A stretch of DNA of 64,000 nt from assembly GCA_965219455.1 (NCBI GenBank), contig OZ244744.1, positions 2,336,001 through 2,400,000 of the forward strand, given 5' to 3'. This DNA comes from Candidatus Latescibacterota bacterium. GTDB lineage: Bacteria > Latescibacterota > UBA2968 > GCA-2709665. The notes under the pieces were generated by a model. The model was not told where the DNA came from. It did no database searches and saw only the letters and a list, made by a program, of their open reading frames with translations. How positions within the stretch are numbered: the stretch's first letter is position 1; the number at the start of each line of letters is the position of its first letter. The position numbers and the translations under genes were made by a program. This document shows positions 28,538 to 37,499 of the stretch, piece by piece.

Positions 28538-30058
28538 TCAGGCCTCGAGCGCGTTCAGGAACTCCTCCAGTTCATCCGATCGATCCAGCACCCTATTATA
28601 ATACGCGACCTTCTCCCCATCAACCAGATCCTTCATATCCACGGAACGCTGTTCCCCGTTCCGGGAGAAAACAATCCGGTCCCAGTTGACCGATTTGACG
28701 TCGTGGCCGAATTTCTCCAGGCATCGTCCGCGAAAATACGCCCGCGTGTCCGTGGGCGGAACGGACATCGCCTCCACGATTCGCTCGTCGTCCAGAAGCC
28801 GCACCATTTTGCCCTGGTCTTCCAGCAGAAAATAGAGTCCGGCCTCCCGATCCACGTTGTGGTACTCCAGATCCTGGCTCTGAAGCCACGACAGGTCCTC
28901 CGGATTGTCCCAGGAAAGTCCCTCCGCCTCGCAAAAACAATCCAGCAACCACTTCTTGCTTACCCAGTCGCAGGTGCCAACCATCGCCATGGGATCCCGT
29001 TCCAGGCCTGCAAGAATCTCCTCCCAGGCGTTCAGGACCCAGTCCGTTTCCACGTCCAGGCCTCCGAACCGCTCTCGCGCCCGCGCCAGGTACATCCGCT
29101 GCACGTCTACGGCCGGTACCAGCCGGTTGCTCTTGCGATCCAGTTCCACCAACCACTGATAACTCTGGTCGCGCGATACGTTCTTCAACGCCGCAATCGG
29201 ATCCTTCAAGACCACGTCGGGCAGATCATCCTGTTCAACCAGCGCCACCACCAGGGCCATCGCGCCCACTTTCAGCGCCGTGACGTATTCCGACATGTTC
29301 GCGTCGCCGAGAATCACGTGGAGCCTGCGGTAGCGGGCCGCGTCGGCGTGGGGTTCGTCGCGGGTATTGATGAGCGGCCGTTTGTGCATGGTGTCGACGC
29401 TGGCGATCACCTCGAAGAATTCGGACCGCTGCGAGAGTTGATAGATGGATGCCCTGTCGCCGCGTTCCACGCCCATCTTGCCCGCGCCCGCGTATATCTG
29501 CCGCGTAACCAGAAAGGGCAGGAGGCCCGTCACGATTCGTTCGAACGGGGTCTCACGGTCCATCAGATAATTCTCGTGACACCCGTAGCTATGGCCTTCG
29601 AAATCGGTGTTGTTCTTGTAGATCCGGACCTCGCCCTCGGGCAGCATCTCCGTTCGCCGTTGGGCGCAGATGTCGACGATCCGCTCGCCCGCGCGGTCCT
29701 GCGCGACCAGCTCGAAGAGGCTCAGACACTCGCCCGTTGAGTATTCCGGATGGGTATGGTCGTTGTAAAAGCGGGCGCCGTTGCGGATAATCAGGTCGCT
29801 CTTCAATTCCCCGAGCGGCACCTTTCGCTGACGATCCTTCTGGAGGTGTACCTTCTCGTCCGTATCGTTCAGCAGGGAATTCACTTCAAACCCCCGCACA
29901 TCCTTGCGGGGGTTCTCCAGCTGATAGTCCCACAGAGGCGTAAATTCACCCTGGAGATAGCACCGGATCAGTTGCATCGACTCTTCCACCACGTCGATCC
30001 CGTCCACTCCGTCTATCGTGATTCCGTACTCCGTTTCCAGACCGAAAAGTCGATTCAT
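28538..30058 (-). CDS. dop: Dop/PafA2-family deconjugase/deamidase
   Basis: GLETEYGI, WDY..ENP.KD.RGF (Dop loop), NGARFYNDHTHPEYST, YKNNTD..GHSYGCHENY and PPTDTRAYFRG motifs. Confidence 0.9.
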   Translation of the reverse strand: MNRLFGLETEYGITIDGVDGIDVVEESMQLIRCYLQGEFTPLWDYQLENPRKDVRGFEVNSLLNDTDEKVHLQKDRQRKVPLGELKSDLIIRNGARFYNDHTHPEYSTGECLSLFELVAQDRAGERIVDICAQRRTEMLPEGEVRIYKNNTDFEGHSYGCHENYLMDRETPFERIVTGLLPFLVTRQIYAGAGKMGVERGDRASIYQLSQRSEFFEVIASVDTMHKRPLINTRDEPHADAARYRRLHVILGDANMSEYVTALKVGAMALVVALVEQDDLPDVVLKDPIAALKNVSRDQSYQWLVELDRKSNRLVPAVDVQRMYLARARERFGGLDVETDWVLNAWEEILAGLERDPMAMVGTCDWVSKKWLLDCFCEAEGLSWDNPEDLSWLQSQDLEYHNVDREAGLYFLLEDQGKMVRLLDDERIVEAMSVPPTDTRAYFRGRCLEKFGHDVKSVNWDRIVFSRNGEQRSVDMKDLVDGEKVAYYNRVLDRSDELEEFLNALEA

Positions 30059-30108
30059 GGGCTCTGCTCAGTTCTTGATCTCAGGGAAAGGCAAATACCG
30101 CGGTTCGC

Positions 30109-30138
30109 TACGCGTGGATACGCGTGGATACGCGTGAA
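30109..30138. repeat. 10-bp tandem repeat (TACGCGTGGA)x~3
   Basis: Directly visible in the sequence. Confidence 0.7.
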
Positions 30139-30149
30139 ATGGAGTCTAC

Positions 30150-30420
30150 CCCTCCCACTAACGTCCCCTTTTCCCTTGCCCTTTTTCTTGCTTCGCCCAA
30201 GAAAAAGGGCGAAAAAGAAGGGCGCCGCTCAGACGCCGCGGGGCTGCTTTTCCGCGAATCGCCTCAGTGTGAAAGCGACGTCAGGTGGCCTACAGGGATC
30301 GCAGGTTTCACCGAGTCGAAATGCTAAACGGATAAGCGCGGAAAAGCCCCTTCCCTACAACCGTGCGCTTGAAAAGACCTCGCGAGATTCGGTACCATAG
30401 AAAAGCTGTACGATAAAGCG
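30150..30420 (+). repeat. Structured element subtype A (copy A2), between arc and dop
   Basis: Head hairpin, GCTTTTCCGCG...CGCGGAAAAGC stem and conserved boxes. Confidence 0.8.
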
Positions 30421-30757
30421 CCGAATCTGCCCCCACTCCGCCACCGGTCGCGCCGTCGTTGTTTTTGTAGGGGCGACTTTCAAAGTCGCCCACGTCACGG
30501 CGTTGACAATTGACATCACAAGGCCCTATCGCTAACCGGTTTTAGCTGACAGCTTACGGCTGATAGCTCTTTCCGAGGGGGCCGGGGGGAGAGGTCCCGC
30601 GACCGCGGCTATCGTGGATCGATTTCGCCAGTCCGTATCGCTCACTGCATTTTGCTTTTTGTTTCAAGCTGATTGCTGAAAGCTGACGGCTGACAGCTTT
30701 TTCTGAGGGGGCCGGGGGGAGAGGTCCGGCTCTTAGCTGACAGCTGACACCGGAACG

Positions 30758-32479
30758 CTAAACAGTACGACTGCCCCGCCGGGTCATCTTCCGTCCGGGG
30801 CGAATCGGCGACGCCCGCACGACGTTTTCCGGATCGTAATCGAGCAACTTCAGCCAGTCTTCCGTGTTATCCGTCGGCGGAAAAATCTCGTTTTCCGTAT
30901 ACTCGGTCTCGACGGCCTGGAGCAGATCGTCCCGGGAAATGCCCTCTTCCTCTCCCGACGCGATGGACCGCCGGATGGCCATCTCCTTTGCCCGTCTCAC
31001 AATCGATTCCATGATCGCCCCACTGGCCAGGTCCCCCCATCGGAGAACGTCCTTCCGGCCGCTTCGCAGGGTCACTTCGAGAAATCGTGTATGGCCCTTT
31101 CGGGAAAAAATCTCTTCCGCCGTGCAGGCAACGAGCGACTCCACGGCCCCTGAGGCGTCGCCCCCGTGTTGTTCAAGCGTCTTCCGGTCGATTGGCAGAC
31201 CGGGCGCCAGATAGATCTTAAGGATATCGAGGGCGCCCTCCCGGTCCGGGCGCTTTACCTTTATTTTTCTGTCGATTCTTCCCGGCCGCAATATGGCGGG
31301 ATCGATCAGGTCGGGCCGGTTGGACGCCAGAATGATCACCACGTCCTGCAGCGACTCGATGCCGTCCATCTCCGAGCAGAACATCGGCACCACCGTATTG
31401 GAAATGCTGTGCGACCGCATCGCCCGGCGCGTACCGAGAACCGACTCCGCCTCGTCGATGAATACCACCGGCAGGCAGCCCTCTTTCCGCTTCTCCCGCG
31501 CCCGGGAAAAAATCTCGCGAACCTGGCGTTCGGACTCGCCCAGCCACATATTCAGAATTTCCGGCCCTTTGATATTCATGAAACATTCTTTCAGGTTCAG
31601 ACCGGCCTTCTGCTGTGCCTGCTTAACGAGGTTGTAGGCGGTTGCCTTGCCGATGAGCGTCTTGCCGCAGCCCGGCGGGCCGTACAACAGGAACCCCTTG
31701 GGTACGCTGTATTGGAACCTGGAGAACAGATCCGGATGCAAGGCCGGCATCTCGATCGTATCTTTAATGGCCTGGATGGCCTCCTCCTGGCCGCCGATTT
31801 TATCCCAGGGCAGATATGGAATCTCTTCGAGGTAATAGTCTTTCGCCTCTTTTTCGGGCATCCGTTCCAGCGCCACGCGGAAATTCGGATCCACGCGAAC
31901 CTCGTCGCCCGCCTTCAGAGACGCCGGTATCAGGTCGCTCGAGCGGGAAAGTACGGTGACCTGACCCCCCGGCTCCTGGCCGACCCGCAGCCGGCCGTCT
32001 TCGAGCACGTCGGAGATCTTCGCCACCTGACCGGAAGACGAATGGCCCAGGTCGCCGACGATTGCAAACGCGTCGTTAACCAGCACCCTCGTGCCCACCT
32101 TCAACGCCTGCTGGTCCAGCCGGGAATCGACATTGGCGTAATATTCCGACCCGCCCACGCTGATATAGGCCACACCGTCGCGGGGGGACTCCAGAAGCGT
32201 GCCCACGCGGTTGGCCGGCGCCGTCACCTTCTCGAGCGCGGCCTCCATCTCCACGATGGTCCGCCTCGCCTCCTCGAACGTAATCTCGTCTTCCTGAAGC
32301 TGTCGCCGGAGATGGTAAAGCATGGGCCGCCGTTTGTCCTTTTCGTCCATGGACATCAATATCTGGTCGATAATGGACAGCGAGCGGAACGTGTGCTGCA
32401 TATCCACGTAGTCCTGCAGAAAGTCATCCGGCGACTCTTGCTGGCGATTTGCGTCGTTAGGGCGGCTAATGGCGCTCAC
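30758..32479 (-). CDS. arc: Proteasome-associated AAA+ ATPase (ARC/Mpa family)
   Basis: N-terminal coiled coil and OB region; IGG, GPPGCGKT, IKGPEILNMWLGESE, FIDEAE, SNRPDLIDPAILRPGR and SGA motifs. GTG start with GGAG RBS. Confidence 0.93.
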   Translation of the reverse strand: MSAISRPNDANRQQESPDDFLQDYVDMQHTFRSLSIIDQILMSMDEKDKRRPMLYHLRRQLQEDEITFEEARRTIVEMEAALEKVTAPANRVGTLLESPRDGVAYISVGGSEYYANVDSRLDQQALKVGTRVLVNDAFAIVGDLGHSSSGQVAKISDVLEDGRLRVGQEPGGQVTVLSRSSDLIPASLKAGDEVRVDPNFRVALERMPEKEAKDYYLEEIPYLPWDKIGGQEEAIQAIKDTIEMPALHPDLFSRFQYSVPKGFLLYGPPGCGKTLIGKATAYNLVKQAQQKAGLNLKECFMNIKGPEILNMWLGESERQVREIFSRAREKRKEGCLPVVFIDEAESVLGTRRAMRSHSISNTVVPMFCSEMDGIESLQDVVIILASNRPDLIDPAILRPGRIDRKIKVKRPDREGALDILKIYLAPGLPIDRKTLEQHGGDASGAVESLVACTAEEIFSRKGHTRFLEVTLRSGRKDVLRWGDLASGAIMESIVRRAKEMAIRRSIASGEEEGISRDDLLQAVETEYTENEIFPPTDNTEDWLKLLDYDPENVVRASPIRPGRKMTRRGSRTV

Positions 32480-32611
32480 CTCCGGAATCCGAATGCCGGC
32501 GGGACGCGGTCGCGCGTTCGCCGTGCGGTGAAAGTCCGCGTGGAGGATCGAAGACCCGGCGGAGGGTCTTCAATGGAAGGTCAATCCGCTGTTTTCCACC
32601 GGCGTTAATGT

Positions 32612-33517
32612 CTAATCGTCCAGTTCGCGTTTGAAGGTGAACTTCATCTTGGCGCCCACGTTCTCCACCTTGACGTTGCCCCTGATCACGGTCACGTCCA
32701 GGTCTTTGAACGACAACTTGACCTCGTGTCCGATCACGAGCCCCCGGCCCACGTCGACGGTCCACTTGCCCTTCCCCTTGCCCGTGCCTTCGACCATAAT
32801 CGACACCGCGTTTGAAAATATCCAGCCGCGGTACCGCATCTGCCGGTTCTCCTCAATGACGGCGACCCGCCGGCCTTTTTTCTTCGCCAGCCTTTTCAAT
32901 ACGTAGACGCTGTTGATCTCCACCATACCTTTATCCCGTAGCGCCGGGATTGGGATCTCGTGCCGCCGCAGCCCGGACCACGAATCGCCGGACCCGACCT
33001 CCCTGTTGGGCAGGACCGGATGAATTTCCGGCACCCAGAGCTGGTGCAGATCGCTGATCGCGCCTTCGCGGCGCACCTCATACGTCTTGAAGTCGGGCCT
33101 GAATCCCGTCACATCGCCTGCCGAGGTCACTTTCCACGAGAACGACCGATTGTTGAACATATCGAGCAGATACGGAAAATTGTCCACGTGAATCTGGACG
33201 CGGTCTTCCATCACCGTACTTTCGGCGTCCTGAACGACCGCCGTAACGGTGGCGGCGCCCTCCTCAATCGAGCTGACCGCTTCCCTGCTCTTCCATTTTC
33301 CATAGATCCGCACGTCGACCGTGCCGGAAGTCTTGTCTTCGTCGATCAGATCGGCGCGACCGCTGTAATATTCCATTGTCCAGGCATTCTTATAGAGATT
33401 CGACTGCCCCGATTTGTAGACGAAATTGAGCGCCACCTTCTCCCCGCCATACACCGGTCCCCCCGGAACGAACAGAACAGATGAAATGAAAAGGCAAAGA
33501 AAACGAAACCGCCCCAT
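32612..33517 (-). CDS. Hypothetical exported beta-rich protein
   Basis: Signal-peptide-like N-terminus, GGGGAG RBS, 301-aa ORF with an LP..EV..GDSW motif. Confidence 0.7.
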   Translation of the reverse strand: MGRFRFLCLFISSVLFVPGGPVYGGEKVALNFVYKSGQSNLYKNAWTMEYYSGRADLIDEDKTSGTVDVRIYGKWKSREAVSSIEEGAATVTAVVQDAESTVMEDRVQIHVDNFPYLLDMFNNRSFSWKVTSAGDVTGFRPDFKTYEVRREGAISDLHQLWVPEIHPVLPNREVGSGDSWSGLRRHEIPIPALRDKGMVEINSVYVLKRLAKKKGRRVAVIEENRQMRYRGWIFSNAVSIMVEGTGKGKGKWTVDVGRGLVIGHEVKLSFKDLDVTVIRGNVKVENVGAKMKFTFKRELDD

Positions 33518-33541
33518 GGCTCCCCCGACTGTGATTAAAGT

Positions 33542-33767
33542 GATTAAGGCAAAAATGGACTATGATTAAAATGATTCAAATGATGGCTGGGATTAAGGCA
33601 AAAGCGGACTATGATTAAAATGATTCAAATGATGGCTGGGATTAAGGCAAAAATGGACTATGATTAAAATGATTCAAATGATGGCTGGGATTAAGGCAAA
33701 AATGGACTATGATTAAAATGATTCAAATGATGGCTGGGATTAAGGCAAAAATGGACTATGATTAAAA
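33542..33767. repeat. 49-bp tandem repeat, ~4.6 copies
   Basis: GATTAAGGCAAAAATGGACTATGATTAAAATGATTCAAATGATGGCTGG starting at 33542, 33591, 33640, 33689 and 33738 (partial). Copy 2 has two substitutions; no spacers. Confidence 0.95.
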
Positions 33768-34012
33768 CGAGGATTGCTGTGGTGTGTGGTTACCGAAAAG
33801 GCCGCCGCCCTCGGCCAGCGGCGACAGCCCGTATAGAACCTTCCAATCCGAAGACCCTTTTTTTTGACAATGAATGTGCCCACAAGTATAGCCCGGTGCT
33901 TTTGGAATGTCAACCACTAACTATGATTATAATGATTGCTGTGATTAAGAGCTGATTAAAACCCTGCGAAAGACTTTGGGTGGATTGACACCATGATGAA
34001 CTATGGTTACCG

Positions 34013-34462
34013 TCATTGGTGGGATGGGCGGGACGGTGGGATGGCGGGGTTGCCCTGGGACCGCTGTTTGAACTCTTTATTGGTAACTCTTTTGAATTCC
34101 AGGCTCTTTGCGCCGAAGTTGATGAGCAGCCCGACCTCCAGGTCGTACGCCTCGAGGTAGTTGATTGCCTGCGCAAAATGGACGTCCTTCAACTCGATTA
34201 CTGCCTTCAATTCAACACAGACGACCTCTTCCACCAGAAAATCGACTCTTCTCAAACCTATTTTCCGCCCCTTGTAAAATATGGGCATCTCATGCTCACA
34301 ACTATAGGAAATACACTGATCCTCCATTTCTATCTGCATTGCCTTCTGGTAGATGAACTCCTGGAAGCCGTTACCCAGCCCGGGATGTACCGCCATCGCA
34401 CACCCGATGATCCTGCCCGTAAGCGCCGAATATTTATGTTCATTGTTTATCACGTCCAACAT
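34013..34462 (-). CDS. GxxExxY protein (PD-(D/E)xK-like nuclease fold)
   Basis: IIGCAMAVH.GLGNGFQEFIYQ, RVDFLVE...VELKA, Q.INYL and GLLINFG motifs. Start uncertain. Confidence 0.92.
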   Translation of the reverse strand: MLDVINNEHKYSALTGRIIGCAMAVHPGLGNGFQEFIYQKAMQIEMEDQCISYSCEHEMPIFYKGRKIGLRRVDFLVEEVVCVELKAVIELKDVHFAQAINYLEAYDLEVGLLINFGAKSLEFKRVTNKEFKQRSQGNPAIPPSRPSHQ

Positions 34463-34718
34463 TCAAGCAAATCATGGGCCGACGGTCATTGCTGCGATCA
34501 AGTGGAACTAAAGTAGAGGCCGAGGGATTGTATGGGTTCGAATGAGTGGACGAACGAGAAGGTCAGGATTTGAGCGGTGCCAGTCGACATCCTGTCGATC
34601 CTGTTGCGTCGCTGTTGCCTGACACCCACATGCGCCAACCTTCGTCACGTCCAACATTCAAGCAAATCACGGACCGACGGTCATTACTGCGATCAAATGG
34701 ATCGAAAGTAGAGGCCGA
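34450..34718. repeat. Two 74-bp direct repeats (34450-34523 and 34645-34718)
   Basis: TCACGTCCAACATTCAAGCAAATCA...AAAGTAGAGGCCGA occurs twice with a few substitutions. Confidence 0.85.
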
Positions 34719-34873
34719 TTGCAAAACTGGAGTTCATATCCCTGGAAAATCTCGTGTAATCGACCTTTGAAATATGGCTTGATAACAGATATCGCGCAGC
34801 CATGTTTACGTTATGTTCAGAATGGTTTGTCCATTATTTTCCATGATGTGAATCAACTGCCCGGCGGTACCGA

Positions 34874-35870
34874 ATGAGATATCGAGCGTATTCCTTCCTC
34901 CTGTTGTTGACTTGCTTTCAGCCGGTTTTTGCGCAGAAAATCGGAGAACCCGTTGCTGTTAACCTCCTGGGAACGTCGACGCCGCTGACACTCGAGTTTT
35001 CAGACCGGGACTACATGCTGATTGTCTATTCCCTGAATGCGGATGAACCGCCGGATCTCAAGGACAATCCCGAGTACGGCTTCTCTGTTTTCAGTGTATC
35101 CAGCGGCGCTAATTCCGCGACCGTTCGCAATCCAGGCGCAAGTCTGGCGGCACATTCGGGCGGTCGTCTGGAAATCCAGCTTCGAAGGCAGGAACAGGAC
35201 CTGGCCCGGCGTGTTCAACAAACCGGCGGCTATCGCGCCATGGCGGCGAAGGTCGCGCCGCATCTGGTCGGGGCTAAACGCCACGCTCGAATACACGACG
35301 CCTTTTGGGCGGACACCACCAGCGGCGCCCGCCGTTTCCCCCATCCGGAGGAATTTCTCGTCTCGCCCGAGACCTCGCCTGCAATCGGAAGCGTCCAACC
35401 CCTTTCCGCAGGACGCATTCAGCCCCATTGTCGTAAGGGAAGGAGAAGGAACGGTCCTGATCCCCGAGGATTTCTTCGAAGAAATCCAACTCCACGCGCC
35501 CATGCCGGTTGAATACCGGATCGGTCATCCGGTGCGGGTTGGCGGCGCCATATCCGATCCGTCGGTATCCCTGATAGAATTCAGTTTTTTCACGTTCAGC
35601 ACGGATACGGAGACGTCACCCGGCTAGGCGGACACACGTTTCCTCGCGCAAGTGGTGAACGGACAATTCAGCGCGGAAATCGCTTTTTCATCCGAACAGC
35701 AACTCTCAGACGACTATACGCTTGAAGTATTGCTGTGGAGAAGCGGGGAACGTTCCGGGGGCTTCAGAGATTCGAGCCGATTTCCATCGTCGCGCCGCCA
35801 TCTCCCGACTTCAACTCTGATGGAACGGTCGGGTTCGCGGATTTCGTCGCGTTGGCGGAGGCGTTCAGGT
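34874..35870 (+). pseudogene. Degraded secreted protein with a C-terminal dockerin-like motif
   Basis: Signal peptide MRYRAYSFLLLL...; continues across frame changes and an in-frame TAG (35625-35627); ends PDFNSDGTVGFADFVALAEAF. Confidence 0.6.
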
Positions 35871-36455
35871 GTGAATGCGGAATTGGGGCTTGTCCGGGAC
35901 GGGCTGTCCTTCGTGGGGTTCATGTTCCTCGCCGATGCATGCCCTGTACAGGCGCTCGTTGTAAATGCCATATTCAACTGCCTTCCGTGAAACTTCGTCG
36001 AGTTTCCTCACCAGCTTTACATAGCAATTGTGGTGGTACTTTGAATACTCGTCTGCCGCGAGTATGTCGATCCACAGTGCACACCACCTCCGGTTCAGTC
36101 CGCGGCACTCGTCGGACAAAATGGCGCTCAGTGCCGATCTGCGCGGCCAACTCAGGGGATTCTGCCAAATCGTGGCCACCGCCAGTACGAGTACCAGCAG
36201 TGGCGGCGCCCAGAAGCGATACGGGCGCATCCCGGACCCGGCCGTTCCGGACGTCGGATTGTAGACGCCAATAAGAAACGCCGCCGATACAAGAGACACG
36301 AAAATTGCCGCATACCACACAAACCTGCGCTCGTATCGATGATTGAGCACTTTGTAATAACGACTCAGAGATCCCGTAAACCACCAGTTTCTGCAGACCT
36401 TTGTGAAAAATGGATCTTCATCTTCGGTGACGAATAAAGTCGGTTTTCTTTTCAT
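35865..36455 (-). CDS. Hypothetical two-TM membrane protein (SLATT-like architecture)
   Basis: Helix, two hydrophobic segments, helical tail. GAGGA RBS upstream. Confidence 0.55.
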   Translation of the reverse strand: MKRKPTLFVTEDEDPFFTKVCRNWWFTGSLSRYYKVLNHRYERRFVWYAAIFVSLVSAAFLIGVYNPTSGTAGSGMRPYRFWAPPLLVLVLAVATIWQNPLSWPRRSALSAILSDECRGLNRRWCALWIDILAADEYSKYHHNCYVKLVRKLDEVSRKAVEYGIYNERLYRACIGEEHEPHEGQPVPDKPQFRIHT

Positions 36456-36510
36456 CCAATCCTCGCTTCATGACACACGCGTTGCCCTGTGTGCATCCAT
36501 TGATTTCCGC

Positions 36511-37278
36511 CTAATGCCCGCACCGCAGCATCGCGTCGGCGTTTCGCCAGGCGATGGCTTCCCTGACCTCCTCGGGCGCGTCCAGAATCTGTAATTTCAG
36601 CAATGCCGGCGTGGGCGCGTTGAACGGCATTCCGGAACCGAAGGCCAGGCGCTCCATACCCCACGCCTGTGTAAGACCCTGAATGCTTCGCTCCAGGACG
36701 GCGGTCAGACGGGAGATGTCCACCAGGAACCGGACGTCCGGGGGCAATATGCGCTCGGTGAAGCCGGCGCCGTTCAGAATCATCCAGCGGATATGCGGAC
36801 GCAAAATTAAAAGCCGGCGAAACATCGCCGGCTTCAAGTCATCGGCCATATCCCAGGCATGACGTTGTCGCCGGTCCACAATTCGCATCGGTACCTGTAC
36901 GGGCCAACCCAGGTCCGAAACGGCATCCAGGAAATCCAACGCCGCGTCCGTATCCAGATCGTACCCGTGATACTGCGGATACAGGCGAATCCCGCACAGT
37001 TCCAGGTCGTCGACGCAACGGCGGAGATCCTCCTCCCATCCCGCGTAGGTCGGATTCAGCGTGGCGAACGGAATCAACCGGTCCCGGTGGCGCAGCACCT
37101 GCCTGGCCAGTTCCTCGTTGGCCGAATGGGCATTCTTGTAGAACACCCCGTGGACCGACCCAACTACCGCCCGGTCGATCCCGCTACGGTCCATCAGCCT
37201 CAGCAGCCCCTGCACCGTATTGTGGCGCAACTGCCGGAACGGCCAGTGCCCGAGCCACGCATTGACGTCAATGATCAC
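36511..37278 (-). CDS. Amidohydrolase family protein
   Basis: IIDVNAWLGHWP, GIRLYPQYHGY and FGSGMP motifs. Confidence 0.85.
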   Translation of the reverse strand: MIIDVNAWLGHWPFRQLRHNTVQGLLRLMDRSGIDRAVVGSVHGVFYKNAHSANEELARQVLRHRDRLIPFATLNPTYAGWEEDLRRCVDDLELCGIRLYPQYHGYDLDTDAALDFLDAVSDLGWPVQVPMRIVDRRQRHAWDMADDLKPAMFRRLLILRPHIRWMILNGAGFTERILPPDVRFLVDISRLTAVLERSIQGLTQAWGMERLAFGSGMPFNAPTPALLKLQILDAPEEVREAIAWRNADAMLRCGH

Positions 37279-37302
37279 TTTAATACCCCGCCGTTACACT
37301 CG

Positions 37303-37499
37303 CCTAAATTCGAAAAAACAATGAGTCAAAAACGTAGTCAGGCGAGGAGAAATGTGGTATTTCTCCCCTTCAAATGCGCTGTTTCTCCGCTTACGTTCGG
37401 TGAAATCAAGCATCACCTGCTTGTGACCCAAAATCGCCTTCGTTCTTCCTGCCGAATCCAATCTAACGTCGCCGAAATACTTCCGGGACAGAATACTAG
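37303..37499 (+). repeat. ~190-bp element, copy 1, downstream of msrP
   Basis: Colinear with 38793-38983 (AGAAATGTGG, TTTCTCCG, CGGTGAA, AAATCGCCTTCGTTCTT, ACGTCGC). Ends in GGGACAGAATACTAG, overlapping the msrP stop codon. Confidence 0.7.

Noticed and set aside
33542-33767. CRISPR array
   Set aside because: The units are contiguous and near-identical with no unique spacers, and there are no cas genes in the window.
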